Origin: the human T2T-CHM13v2.0 reference genome, Homo sapiens
Assembly (NCBI RefSeq): GCF_009914755.1
Contig: NC_060936.1
Length of the DNA: 64,000 nucleotides
Strand: one strand, 5' to 3'
A program made the position numbers and the translations under genes. Positions 1 through 13,885 of this stretch are shown piece after piece; the first letter of the stretch is position 1, and every line of letters starts with the position of its first letter. The notes beneath the pieces were generated by a model. That model worked only from the letters and a program-made list of their open reading frames with translations. It was not told the origin of the DNA and made no database searches.

Positions 1-760
1 ATTATTTATAGAGGAGAAAATTTAGCTACATGTCCATTAAGGTCAAGAACAAGACAAAGATAACCAGTATCACTACAACTGTGTAACATGTTTTTGGAAG
101 TCATGTTTAATGTGATAAGACAACAAAAATGTATGCTATATAAGATTTGAAAGGAAATTATTATTTGCATATGATACGATGATCTTCATAGAAAATCCAA
201 CAGGACCAACAAAAAATGCTACTAGAAATAATGCTAATAACAATTCAGCAAATTTACCAGATAAAAGATCTAAGGGAAAATCAGTAGTGTTTCTCTACCT
301 TAGCAAAAATCAACTAAAAATGTTACAGAATATAAGATAACATACACATCACAACAAAGTCTATGCTATATCTAGGAATCAAACTCTCAAGAATACATAA
401 TAATTTAGTATAAATAATTTTGTAATCTTATTAAAGACATGGAACAGTACATGGAACAATATTTCATAATTGGTGGATGAGAGAATTTATCAAAGTAAAG
501 GTGTCAATTCTCCCCCAGTTAATCTACAAACTTAATGCTAGACTCTGACTGAATTTTTGAGAAACTTGCGAAACACATCCTAAGATGTATAATAAAGTTA
601 ACAAATGGCTACATCAAATTTAAAAAAGAAGAACAAAATGAAGATTCCTGCCCTATGAAAGATTTGAGAAATACCAGAAGAAATATAGGTGTGATTCAAT
701 AGGTGTGAGGACTAAAAAGAAAGTTGTTTGAAAAAGATGAGAAGTCTAAAACATGAAAGT
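1..760 (+). mobile_element. Old L1 (L1M-type) ORF2 fragment, heavily decayed
   Basis: Colinear similarity to the L1 ORF2 RT region (aggtcaagaacaagacaaaga, ttatttgcatatgatacgat = FADDM region, gaaaatcagtagtgtttct, ctcccccagttaatctacaaacttaatgc). No open frame. Confidence 0.8.
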
Positions 761-999
761 TAGGTAATGCAATGTCAGGTAAAAATCAATGAGGGAGGAA
801 AGGAGTGTCTTAAATCCAAAGTAGCATAAGAGCGCCTAAATGCTCCAAGTTTTAAAGAACTTATGCAAGTGAAAAAACAAAAAAATAATGTTGGCTGGCA
901 AGAACCTATGAGAAGAAACAGAATAGCCTGTCACCCGATGTGGTGACATCCTCTCCCTGGAGAGCTTTTTAGTTTGGGAGGAATGCTGGACTACATTAC

Positions 1000-1470
1000 T
1001 TTAGTGTCAGTCAGAATACCGCAGGAGTAGATGGTATGCTCAACTAGATAAAGGAGAAGAGATTAATAAGGAAACTCTCACAACCATTTAGGAAAGGAGC
1101 AGGAAAGGTGTAGGACCTCAAAGTTAGCAATAGCAGCAGGCTGTTATTATTCCTAGGTCTAGAGAGGCAAGGGATGGAATGAACACTAAGCCCAGAGGGA
1201 GATGGTATGGAAAAGACTGCTTGGCAGGAAATGTGGCCTTTTCTAAAGGGCTGAACAGCACAACGACCCAGCAATGAGGAATCCAGGGAAATCAACACCC
1301 CATTTCATTTTCCTCCCTTCCTCTTATCTCCTGCTGGCGACTCCCATTGACCAAATCACACTGGAAGCCAGAAGGCAAGGAAATCTGTGGACATGGCTTG
1401 GAGTGTCAGCCTCCTGTGGAGCAGATAAGGATGGCGGATAGATCTGGAGGGGAAAAAATGGAACATAATT
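1000..1470. mobile_element. Ancient MaLR/ERVL-type LTR remnant (MLT1K/LTR41-like)
   Basis: ctcccattgaccaaatcacactggaagccagaaggcaagg...gatctggaggggaaaaaatggaa resembles a terminal segment of old MLT1/ERVL LTR consensuses. Left boundary uncertain. Confidence 0.55.
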
Positions 1471-1902
1471 CCCCTTCAACTCAGACGTTCCACTACTTCA
1501 TGATACTATTTAGTATCACCCGTTCTCAACCTGGCAAAGCAGATCAGGCCATAGTAAACATGAAGCTGCAACAGCTCTGTAGCTGTAATTACTTCCTAAT
1601 TTCCCCTTTCAACATGGACATACCTTGTTTTCTTTCACTCTCCTGCCTGCAATCTTCACTGCTTTGACTTCACTCCCTGTCAGAGAGCTACTTTCCCTGA
1701 TCTATTTGCATGAAGATTCTTCCTCCTGGCTCAGATCTTGGCAGAGCTGCACTCTGCTAATGGATCCCTCTTAGCCTAACTTGCATGTTTTAGAACTTCT
1801 CATTTCTTTCAAACAATTTTCCCTTTAGTCCTTATGCCTATTGAATCACATTTATCATTCTTCTGACATTTCTCAAATCTGCTTTTCTCAAGTATGCTGT
1901 AC

Positions 1903-2464
1903 TGAGAAAGGAAAAAGCAGCTCGGAATTGACCTGGCACTCTCAGCTAGGCCACAGTGTTCTCTTGTGAAATGTAAACAACCCTAGAGAACAGTAACATT
2001 AGACACCTCTACTCTGTGACCGTGATGGATCAAGCCAAAAATAAGACCACTCCGCAATCATGTCCAAACATAGCAAAAACATGAGCATTTTCCAAAGTCA
2101 CAAAAATGCCCAAACATCTCTTAATTCTGGCTAGTATGAGTGACAACTGCTTCTTTTTGAATCACAACTTTAGACTCACTCTGTTCTTTTCACCTTATAG
2201 ATTCAAATTATTAAGGTACCCAATCACAAGAATTACCTTTATGTACTGAGAGAATTGAATTCAGAGAAAAGCCTCACTTCCTTGAATCCTCCCCAAAAGC
2301 ACCTATGACAAGCTCAAATTCTATAACACACTCAAACACCTTCTTACTGAGATGCCCCACGGTCTTCTATGGTGTGTGTTCTCCTGAATTGTAATATGTC
2401 AATAAACTCAACTTTGTTTACCCGCAAGTGTGTTTCTGGTGGTCTGAGGGTAGAGTGGTAGCCA
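1903..2464 (+). mobile_element. ERV1 solo LTR (MER67-like)
   Basis: TG...CA ends, ~560 bp, AATAAA at 2401; recalled MER67 motifs (actctgtgaccgtgatggatcaag, actgagatgccccacgg, ggtgtgtgttctcc). Confidence 0.7.
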
Positions 2465-3248
2465 ACCTGAATAGAGATGACCTTAGGCCTATTCTACCCA
2501 GAAAGGAGAATCCAAAAAGATAGACCATAGACAGTACATATCTGACTATTCCTAGCATTCATTGTTTTTTATTTTCTGGATTCCGAGAAGACATATCATT
2601 TTCCTATAAGATTTCCATTATTAATTCACTGATGGGAATTAAGCCTAGAGAGACGTTCCCTTTATTGCCTCCTTAACATGTGAGTGAAAATCCTTCTAAG
2701 TGATAAAATGGCAAGATTAAGCTCAATCAATGTTGTAGAACTTAGTCTAATAATGCTTTCAGCTTTGTGTAAGGGGGCCCTTTCCAAAGCTTTTCTCTCT
2801 TTACTGACCCTTCCCCAAAGGCTCCTATTCCCTAGCTTTCATCCCTCCTTGACATCTCCCAATAAGTGTGCCGTACTGAGGGATACTTGTGTTTAGAAGG
2901 TAATTACCGCAAAAACTCTGTATTAAACACCAAAAAGAAGAAAAAGGTAAAGGAAGGTTGGGATGTGGGTAGAGGTGAGGGCCGAGAGGTGATAATGAGG
3001 TCAACAGCCTCATGCTGAACTTCATACATATAGCTAGTCATCTCTGTGCTTTACCACAAGGAAATTTAATTTGAACCTTATCGCATTGAGACTCCAAATC
3101 GTCTTGCTAATAGGATGAATGTATCTGTTCCAATCAACTAATAGGAAGGTGCTGTACTTGTTTTAGGTAACGTTCATTTTTACTAGGTTTGTTTGGTTTC
3201 AATGTCTTTACTATGTTTCTCACTTAATATCTCTAAAGGTAGAATTTT

Positions 3249-3374
3249 GGGCCAGGAATGGTGGCTCATGACTGTGATCTCAACACTTTGGAAGGGTGAG
3301 GCGGAGGGATCACTCAAGGCCAGGAGTTCAAGACTAGCCTGGGCAACATGGCAAGACCCCATCTCTAATTCTAA
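3249..3374 (+). mobile_element. Free left Alu monomer (FLAM-like) with intact TSD
   Basis: Single left monomer with B-box (gagttcaagac). Perfect direct repeat aaaggtagaattttgg at 3235-3250 and 3375-3390. Confidence 0.9.
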
Positions 3375-3927
3375 AAAGGTAGAATTTTGGACTATGGGGG
3401 AAATTTGGAAAATATCAAAAAGCATAAAGCTGCCTTATCACCCTATAGTTACGGCAGACCCAGATTATTGACTACTTGAAGATATGGAGAAGGAATAGTG
3501 AAGAGAGGCAGCTGTGACAACCCTCACCTCTGCTCTTATCCCCCAGTCTTGGCTTTCCTCAATTTCTCTTCAAGCATTTATGCATGTTTACTCCAAGGGA
3601 CCTCAAATGTTTCCCACTCACTCTACCCAAGAAAGTGCTGACAAGAGATGTGGCCAAAGATATGATTAGTCCATGGTGCAAAGCGATGGAGGTATCCATG
3701 TGTTCAGGAAATAAATAAAAACCTTTTGTTTTTGTTTGGTGTAATCTCTTGACCTTTCTCATTTCTCCACTCTTAAGCTCCTCTTTTTGGATTCGCCTTT
3801 CTAGGTAGAATAGGCCTAATGTCATCTCTACTCAGGTTGGCTATTACTGTACCTTAGCATCCCAGTCACCAAGAGATTAAGGGTAAACGCTGGTATAAGA
3901 CCAATGATGATGTCTCCTTGTCTAGGC

Positions 3928-4526
3928 CAGGGTTTGGATTCTGACCCATGAGCCAAATGTGGCCTAATATTTGTTTTTGTAACTAAAGTTTTATTAGAAA
4001 GCAGTCATTGCCCTTCACTCACATATTGTTTATGAATGATTTTGTGCTACAACAGTAGAGTTGATTGTGATATAAATTGTACAGTCTGCAAAACTGTCAA
4101 TGTTTACTATCTGGCCATGCTATAGTCTAAATGTTTGTTTCCCCCCAACATTCCTATGTGAAAATCTTAATCCTCAAGGTGATGATATTAGGAGCTGTGG
4201 CCTTTGTGAGGTGATTAGGTCTTGGGGGCTGAGACCTCATGAATGGCATTAGTGCCCTGATAAAAGGGACCCCAGAGAAACCCCTCACCCCTTCTACCAT
4301 GTGAAGACATAGCCAGTGGGGAAGGGGGGCACTGTCTATGAGGAAGTGGGCTCTCACCAGACTCCAAATCTGTCAGCTCCTTGACCTTGGACTTCCCTGT
4401 CTCCAGAACTGTGAGAAATAAACACAATGTTTGTTTTTGCTAAGTAATCCAGTTTGTGGTATTTTTTTTTTGCAGCATCAACAGATTAAGACAGGTCCTT
4501 TACAAAATAAGTTTTCTGACACCAAG
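3928..4526 (+). mobile_element. MER58A-like hAT-Charlie element, split by the MLT1A LTR
   Basis: taaagttttattagaaagcagtca...tttactatctggcc, resuming as cctttacaaaataagttttctgac after the LTR. Confidence 0.75.
4118..4493 (+). mobile_element. MLT1A0-like MaLR solo LTR nested in MER58
   Basis: Starts tgctatagtctaaatgtttg, ends attaagaca; contains ccttggacttccc..ctccagaactgtgagaaataaa. Degenerate 5-bp TSD ggcca/ggtcc. Confidence 0.88.
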
Positions 4527-4533
4527 TCTAAAA

Positions 4534-4930
4534 CATTGTTTCATGAAGTAAGATACACTAATTCCAAGACACAGTAAAGATTATTACACAAAAATGAGTT
4601 CTATGGTTAAGTAAGTTTGGGAAATACTATGGTCATAAAATTCAAACACATTTCTTAACAGTAAATCTTTGGTGCCTTGAATATATATAATCAATATATA
4701 CTTATTTACATGAATTGATACAGACATTTACATAACTATATACATATATGTAATAACCGATGTAATTATTTAATAATTTAAATAAAATAAACATATAAAG
4801 TATGATTCATGATTCTCTGAGAGATGGTAACAGTATTCAAAGTTTTCCAAAGGCACTTGCCCATATGATCCTTTTTGATATGGATTATTCTGTAAGACTA
4901 GTGATCCATAGAATATACTTTGGCAAATGT
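4534..4930 (+). mobile_element. MER103/Charlie-like hAT remnant
   Basis: ttctatggttaagtaagtttgggaaatact and terminal catagaatatactttggcaaatgtt resemble MER103-type consensus. Confidence 0.55.
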
Positions 4931-5199
4931 TAATCTAGATTGCTTAGACTTATTATTATCCAAGAAAAAGTATTCCTCTCTGCTTACATCAGTTCACCAG
5001 GATCAAGGTTTCCATGCACTTGTTTAGGACCTAATCCATAGCTAGTAATTAATAAGTAATGTATTTTCCTGATTTCCTCTATGTATGCTTTTTTTTTTCT
5101 CGGATGTGGTAGGTGTAGCTGTGGATGCTCTAGTGTTGAATCCGGGTCTCCTGCATTGTTCCCGGGTTCTCCTTTACAGCAGAAAAGATCCTGGGTCTG

Positions 5200-5430
5200 G
5201 CCTTAGCTTAAACATGAGTTTCTCTAGGGAGGTTCTTCCTGACACCCTCCCCTCCACAGCTCAGACTAGGCTAGTGACTATTCCATAATATTATATTATA
5301 GCACTTTTCGTACTTTAGCTAGTGACTTTTCTGGTTTTCTTCACTCATCTGTGAACTCTATGATGGCTGAAACCCTAGTTTTTGCAGTGTACATTGTGTA
5401 CTTATTAAATGGCTGTTGAGTGGTTGTTGA
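5200..5430 (+). mobile_element. L2 3' fragment
   Basis: agggaggttcttcctgacacc...ctgtgaactctatgatggc...ttattaaatggctgttgagtgg, typical of L2 3' ends. Confidence 0.6.
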
Positions 5431-5473
5431 TTATATCTCTGCAGACCAGTTGGCCCCAGAGATCCTCCTGCAA

Positions 5474-5688
<215 letters not shown>

Positions 5689-7099
5689 TAATGCTTTTTT
5701 TTTTTTCTTTTAAATCTTATCTTACAGCCTCTTCCGGAGGTTCTGGGTCCTGCTTTAGAACCTCAGGAAGGTAATAAGGGTCATAAGGCTATTGCTGTTT
5801 TTGCTGTGTATGGACTTCTTTCCTCCCTCCCAGTGACTACAACTTAAATAGATAGATGGTCTTACATGAGAAATGGCTGCACTTGGAACTTCCAAATATC
5901 AATGGTCTTTTGGATTCCATGTCTCTGTGCTGGGACCTTGCTACCATCTGTTGCAACCTTGTGCTGACAGTTTCCTAAATCAAGACGGAATTTGCCACTC
6001 TTTCTGGACATTTGCCTTGCTTGACTGCTGGAGCCCCTGCTGTTGGCTGGGTTCGTGTCTTGGCCCTGGTAGGTTGGTGTTGTACAAAGTCCTGGCTTTC
6101 TCACTCTCCTATTTTACTCAAGAAACCACTGTTTGTCCATCTGTAGTTTACCCCCAGAAAGGATTCAGACTTTCTAAATTTCTTGCTGCTACCTTAATAG
6201 AATTTTCTTTACTGCTCACTCCTCAAGGTCATGACTCTCAGGATCAGCTACTATTATTTACTATTATTATTCATGTAATTCTTATGAATTTAGTAAAAGC
6301 AAGGTTTAAAAAAATCCTGCTTTATCATTAGGAAATTGAATCACAAAGATACAGCCTTGGGTTAGAAACACAGAGAGACTGTAATTTAGGAAACAAATGA
6401 ACAGGGGGCCTGAGAGGGTTTAGATTAGAGGCTGGGAGGGATTAGATTAACTTTTATTTTCCATGCAATATCTGTAAAACAAACAAGTGAAGTGTAGAAT
6501 TAGAGAAAAATTGGAGTAATTCAATTAAACTGTGTGTTATTGAAAAAGAATAAAAGAAGAGGGCTACTATTGTGAATGACTTTATTGTTAGATATTCTGC
6601 CAAATGTTTAGTATTTATCTTCATTTTTCCTGTATAAACTCAACGAATATCATGATGGAGTCCAACTTAAAAGATACTATCTTCTTTATAACTTGTCATA
6701 GAAATTTTTTTTGAGGTTTTTTTTTTCTTCTTTTTTAGGAAGTATAATTCAGTCAAATAAGAATGTAGACTTAGGAATGTATATTAGAAGTCCATGGTAC
6801 TTTATCTGAACTCAAAGAGCTTATTCTTAATTCTTACCAGGAGTTGAGACTATATAATAAAACAAACAAAATTTATAAAACTGTAAAAGGCTAGATCAAG
6901 GTCAAGAGCCCTATATTAAGTCCTACTGCTGCCCCCAGTCTCAGTCACTATTATGGTGCCAGAACTATTTAGAAGACCAAGAAAGAACTACATGTTTTAA
7001 TTAAATAACACATGGCAGAAAGCACAAGATACCAGCTTGGGTTTATCAGGCAGAACAGGAGCTATCCTTGTGCTAAACAGACAGGCACCAAGGAAAAGA

Positions 7100-8900
7100 G
7101 AGAACCCGAGAGACAAGTCTAAAAAAGCTTGGGAGCTATTTAATACAAGATCCTAGGACAAAATCTAACGCTCCCCGTCGACGCGAGGGGAGCCACATTT
7201 AAGGAAGGCAGCCTGGTGTAGAATAACGATGGAGTAAAGTAAATGACACGGAACTATGACAAATTCAAAACCCAACTGGAAAATTAGGAAAGAGAATGAA
7301 GTGTCGTGTCTAATGACACCCTGACAATTACCCTCGAGCAGTGGGGCATGTCCTGTTGCATTTACCTATCCTGGTACTCGTGAGCTTTGGTGTCTGGGTT
7401 TTCTGTTTGAACAAAGAGGCTTTGTGGCCCATTTTCCATCTCTGTGTCTCTGTCAGGCATGGGGCTTAGCAGGGCTGGCTTCTGCTGCTTGTTAAAAGGA
7501 GTTCAGGAGAACACGCAGTGTCGGGCCTGGAGGTCAGCCGTATTCAGATCTTTCTAAATGACGACAGGATTTAAAAAAAAAAAAAATGGAGATGGCTAAT
7601 GCTAAAAGCCATTTATGAAATTCTACAAGTAAAAAAACCCCGAAAAAGAAACTGACTTCTAGACCTAGACGAGGTGTCAAAATTTAAGATTATTTTATCC
7701 TCCTGTATACAAAATCGCAGAGAAAAACAAAGCAGCAGGAGGTCCAAGCATATCAATCAAAGAGGAGACAGCACATTCTAGACTGGGAATATAATTAAGT
7801 AGAAGATATAAAAATAGGATTTCCCAACCTGGCAAGTGGAAATATAAACCAACTGGCAGAGGAAGGGTGGAGAGGATAATCCTACCCTTTTGGAATAACT
7901 ATAGAAAAATATGAGGAAACAGAAAATGGAAATCGGTGAAGGAGTGAAGAAAGGGGAGGCGGATGAAGAAACCTATTAAGTGTGCGGAAGTGATGAGTTT
8001 GCCAAGACCTGATTTTAGCCTCTAGCTAACAAATTTAGGGGTGAAGATATTGACTTTTTTTGTGTGTGTGAAAGATTCATAAGTGATCATCTTCAGAGTT
8101 TACTGATATAAATTTAGCCGCTAATCAAATTAGCCCCTTTGCTCGACAGAGAATGAAATAGAATCATATCTTGAAAAAAAATATTTTTTTCCTTCACCAT
8201 AACCATTAGTATGAAACGTTAGTCACTTTTAACGTGAACTGCGGGAATCAGCAACACGTACTCTGCCTGCTTTCACCGAAACCTGTGTTCCACACTGCGG
8301 TTTGTTCTATTAGTGGTATTGAATCCACTCTACTCCCCACTCCCTTATATTAATTGCATTAAAAAATAAGGAAGTACAGATATACGCATTGTGCTCCGTA
8401 AAAGAGGCTGCGATGAAATGAAAAAGCTGTTTAATAAAATATAATGAAAGTATTTCACATTCATTTCTCCCACGTAATAAGTGGAATTATAGTAGGAGGA
8501 GGAGACCTCTCACAGCTGGGCAAGCCCTAAGAATCCTTCCCTTATTCTCGACTTAAAAGCTATCAATTTAGAGCTGTCCTATGTATTGCCCTGTGAATTG
8601 AACAAGGCTTTTCAGTCTTTAATTAAGGGTGAAAAACTCTTTGAACATCACAGCATTCATCTGTTCATGTGTGGAAAGCCTGGTGTAACAAAAGAATTTA
8701 ATCAAACTACAAGCCTAATAAAGACTACATTGCCTGAACTAAATGATGTTATTGCAGTAGCGGCTCATAGTTTTACATTTAAAAAAGCGGGTCAGAGTGT
8801 TCATTCGTCTTGATTAGCAATGCCAACCTAATTACTTCTGGAGGAAACAGTAATTAGCTGGAGTCTCACCTCATTAATCATGACATTCTTGTAGCAGACT
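7100..8900. promoter_or_regulatory. Candidate conserved distal enhancer / low-methylation region
   Basis: No recognisable repeat, elevated CpG retention relative to flanks, dense TAAT/ATTA homeodomain cores. Function is inferred only. Confidence 0.4.
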
Positions 8901-9439
8901 ATTTTTATCTGATAAATGGCTTGGATTGGAACAAGGTGTATATTTGAATTCTAGTTAATTGTACACAGCTTGCTGCATAACGTTTCACATTTTTATCATT
9001 TAACTACTTCCTTTCTGTGAACCTCTTGAGGAGCTTTTTTGGTTACTTGGATTCTTATAGTGAAAAAAATCTGACTTGATAAGATCAATTGTTCTTGTTA
9101 GTTAACATATCAGAAATGGAGTCTGGATGAATTGGAGGAGAGGAAGAAAGATCTCCACGTGTAGATGAAGTCATTCAAATTACTCTGGGACAGATACTTA
9201 TACAGTTTCTGCAGTGAATTCAAAATGAATGATAGCATTGTATAACTTGGCACAGTTGCATCCATGTGATCGATAACAATCATGGACAACAAGTGGTATT
9301 ATATTTTAGGCAGGGTATCTTAATAAATTCAGTCAGATTCTCAGTGTTCCTACACCAGTGCCCAAGTATGGACCGTGTTTAAAAAGACACAGTAATTGGA
9401 TTCTACCGTCTTCAGTCAGCTATGGCTAGGGCCACTCTT

Positions 9440-9620
9440 TTCTGGAGTCACATGGCTCTGACTATTTCTTATTTGTTCCTCTCAGTTTTGTATTTTCTAG
9501 CATTAAAACACCTAGTTAATTTGTAGATCATATGTGTTGCTTTCCTCTGGTTCCTCTCCAATGTATGAGTCTTCTGGTGGAGCCCAAGAGGACCACCACT
9601 GAGTACAGAGAGAATTCTTG
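9440..9620 (-). mobile_element. CR1/L3 LINE remnant (RT C-terminal region)
   Basis: Minus-strand ORF 9469-9696 contains TLERNQRKATHMIYKL, matching the CR1 motif LERVQRRATKMIxGL. Confidence 0.6.
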
Positions 9621-11609
9621 AATTACTCCTTGTAGAAACGTAGAATACTTGCCTGCTGCTAACAGTGATATCAGGGTAGGTCAGCAGGGATTGCATGGTG
9701 GCCTTAGTTACCTGGGCCCAAAGTCAGCTCATCAGTCTTGCGTTGTCTGTATAACAAGAGAAGATCCATCTCTTAGGAGCTGACTCATATTAACCAACTT
9801 TAGGAAGACTGATGTCTAAAATAATGCCAGTTTTTCAAATTTCAATGAAAAATGACCTCAGATGTATGGATCAATATGGATTTTCTCTGTTGTCAAGTTA
9901 GACAGAAAGCAAAATAATACTCAGCCAATTTAATTGTATACAATATGAAATTATGCTTACAAGGACCAGAATGTTTATCATGTGCTTCATCAACATAGCA
10001 TTATGTCTCTGTAGGGATATCTACATAGGAAGCCAGCTCATAATCTGAAGGTTGCTTATTGATTGAATACATAGAATAAGAAGAGTTAGATGAATTGCAT
10101 GTTTAATGGAATCAGCCTGACATAATAAGATGTATCCATCTTTCCATTAGAGTTGGCCTTAGCTACAAGGCTAGCATGTTCAAAATCCATTAGCCTTATC
10201 TCCTCTCTCCTGGACAACACCAGGATAAACTGCCAGCCTTTGCCTCAATAATTCTTCTATTAATATTTTCCACACTTCCATCTTGGATGAGCACTCCTTT
10301 TGCTTAATTTGTTCTTTGTTTGGATGAGTTAAAACAATTAATGTATTTATATTTGGTCTTGCTGTCCCAGGAAACTTGCTACCTCCTTCAGGTGACTTTG
10401 CATATCTGTGCATGATGTCTTCATTGGGTGGTTTTTATTTTTCCTTTTTCCAAGTTTTCTGGGGACCTCACTGAAGCTAAGAACAGAAGCCTCTTTACTT
10501 ATAAAAAATTTTTCCTAAGTCCATTTGCACATAAATCAGAATGACACAATACCACATGAAAAGTATAACATAGGCTTTTGGACTAACTTTATAATGAACA
10601 GAAAGGCCATAGTAATATTCTTGAGAGGGGCTTAAACTTGCATTTTTCTCAGCACATTCTCACAAAATATGTTTGAAGATTTGAAACAAGGCATGCAATT
10701 CTCCCTATTGGTAGGCAGTCTATCAGACACTTTTTCTCAAAATAGATAGTTTTGTCTCCACTGCAAATCTATTGAGACCGTTAAAACTCCCTCTCTGACT
10801 CTCCGTAAGCATGGTGGGGGACCTCCTTAGTGCTTCTGGTGAAATTGCTACCGTATTTCCACTCCATAGGAAATTGGACTGATTCAAAGGAGGCCTTGAC
10901 CAACAGATTCATTCATGGTTTGTAACAAAGGTCTAATCTGCAGCATGCTTACCACACTTAACATTTAAATTCTCAAATAACCAATCTTGATGAATTGGGT
11001 TGCCTGACACCAAGCTTTGATGCTCCTCTTCTGGCCATGTCTTCAAAATTTCCTGCCTGTTTTCTGTATCCAAATCTGTTATCATCTGCTGCTAATGTCT
11101 GTTAATCAAATAGATCTGGCATTTTTCAAATGTCACATGATTTGTTCTTTTACCTAAATAATTTTTCTTATGACCCAATGGTTCCTCTCACCTGCTAATG
11201 TACCACTTCATCATCTTTTCACTACTTTAACTTTTAAAAATAATTTTCTGTGTTCCCTTCCATCATAATCATGTACTTCTTAGAACTATACTTTAAAGTT
11301 GCTGCTTTTTGACTGGAAATGATACGGCTAATAATAGCTGTATGACTATAAAATACCTCAATACCAGACACAGACACAACAAACAGGTGCTCTCTGAGAC
11401 AAAAATGACTGTGTGTGTGACCACCTACATCATCTCTTGGTAACATAGTGGATTTCTTATTTGAAGTGGAATGTTGTTTTTTTCTTTTCTCTGAAAATTC
11501 ATAAATGTACAGGTTAAAAGTTGTGGATTTTATATTCTGTAAAAACTGGTCGATGACAAATTTTTGTTATTGTTGTGAATTTGTTTAATATTATAAGCAG
11601 TAAAACTAG

Positions 11610-11835
11610 TTACCAATTCTTTTTAATGTTTACCAGGGTCCAGGTGCTGTTCTAAGTGCTTTACATCTATTAATTCATTTAATTTCCACATCAACTCTAT
11701 GACGGTTTTTAATTCCCATTTTACGGATAAGAAAATTAAGTAAATTACTCAAAGTCACCCAGAGAGTAACAGTAGAGCTGAGATTTGAACCCTAATGTGT
11801 TGGCTCCAGAGACCACACTTAATCACAGTGTTATG
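11610..11835 (-). mobile_element. MIR
   Basis: caggtgctgttctaagtgctttacat...cccattttacggataagaaaatt...gatttgaaccc...ggctccagag. Confidence 0.85.
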
Positions 11836-12169
11836 TCACTTCTCCTGTAACTGGCCCTTTGTCACAATATCTGAAAACACAGAAAACTCCAAAAAAAGAA
11901 AATAATGTTGACTGACAGTCTCACTATTCAGATAAACTATATCATTCATCTTTATATTTTGAAACATGCATCTTCAGATTTTTTTCAGAACAAATTTGCT
12001 TTGTGTTTCACTCAGAAAATATTGGGAGTATTGTTACATGTGTGTAAATATATTGGCTGCATCAATATATTGCATTTTGGTATTTCTAGCTTTCATATTT
12101 TACTGAAACAATTTGCTTCTCATTATAAGCAATGACACAATGCATGATCTTATAGAGAATTCTTTGTTC

Positions 12170-12420
12170 ACAGTTATTTTCTTTTTTTCTTTAGGAGAAT
12201 TTCCAGTAGTGGAATTACTGGATTGAAGAAGAAAATGGTTATTTTTAAGGCTTCTTATAGCTATTGCCAAATTCCTTTCCAGAAATGCTATATCAGTTTA
12301 TACTCCTACCATCAGCATAGGAGATGCTGCTTTTCTGTACCCTGCAAATCTCGGGGTTCTAGCATTCTTTATCTTTTTCTTTTTAAATATGTGCCCCATT
12401 TTGAATTTGTGCTTTTTATA
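12170..12420 (-). mobile_element. Old L1 (L1ME-like) 3' fragment
   Basis: agtggaattactggatt...tattgccaaattcctttccagaaa...tatactcctaccatcagcat. Confidence 0.7.
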
Positions 12421-12429
12421 TTTTTTGCT

Positions 12430-12620
12430 TAGGGATATGACCCTTTGGTTGTATTTACTGTGGTTACTTTGCCTTTCTATTTCTCAGATTTCCCACTGTA
12501 GAAATGAGGATAATAATCGTAGCTACATTAGGGTTGTTGTGGGAGTAAAAGTTTACCACCATATCTACTTCGCAGAAAAGTGCCTGCTGCAGAGTGCTTG
12601 CTATCATTATTATTATTTAT
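12430..12620 (+). mobile_element. MIR
   Basis: ctcagatttcccactgtagaaatgaggataataat...agggttgttgtgggagtaaa. Confidence 0.75.
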
Positions 12621-13546
12621 TACTTTTGCTATTATGGTTTTTCTTATTTTTGTGTGTTATATAATTTAGCTTTTCTTGGCTATTTTGAATTTTAATGCAG
12701 TTCTCCATGGTGTAGTCATCTCCTCAAGTTCAATCCACTTATTCTCTTTTATAGTTGGCTGATCCATGATTTTTAAAATAAATTCATATGTGAATTTATT
12801 TTTGTACCCAAATAGGGAACCATTTTTTTTTCCATTTTAAGTCTAATGTTGAAATAAAATCTCTGCTGTTTAATTTAAAATTGTAACATTAGAGATAATC
12901 TTCTGCAAGGTCCAAGATCCATCATAAGGTAATGGACTTTTTCTCAAGCGTCTGCTACCCCTTTTTTTCTCACTGTTGGGAAGATTCAGTACCTCTCCTA
13001 ACCCATACATCCCCAGAGACTCAGTTTTGTTTCACTTACTGGGCTAGTTCTGGTGTCGGCAATAGACATGGCAGGTCAACAGCCTCAAACTCAAACTCTT
13101 TGATAGGGTTTAAGATCTGGTACCCTGACATAAAGCTGTGGCACCATCTTTCTTTTAGAGTGGCCTGGCTGCCCTCAGGCCAGAGACTAGGGCCAAGAGA
13201 CTAAGATTTTAGGTCCTACTTTTCCCTTGAGTTTTGTTCTAGTGTACAGATTCTGGACTTGGTTTTGACTTCTTCATTCTCTCCAACAACTCTGGGTCAT
13301 CAAGTGAGGACCACCATGCCTTTGTCTATAGCCCAAACTATAAATCTTAAGATTAAAAAAAAATGCTAAAAGCCATATAGTCCACTTCTCTCTGTTCCAC
13401 GAAAAGGCCATATATGCAAAGTGGCTCACAAACACAGAAGGAACCTGGAAACCAAAGGATGAGGCAGATAAATCCACTTTGGTGGTATAGGGCAATATAG
13501 GGGAACTTATAGACAGAAGCATAGCCTTGGGTGACTGTAAGACAGG

Positions 13547-13885
<339 letters not shown>

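Noticed and set aside
5873-6331. 152-aa plus-strand ORF
   Set aside because: No recognisable family or motif; composition resembles translated non-coding DNA.
10450-11400. Possible ancient hAT transposase-derived (Tip100/Zaphod-like) sequence on the minus strand
   Set aside because: Only a vague resemblance; no motif could be established by eye. Needs nhmmer or tblastn.
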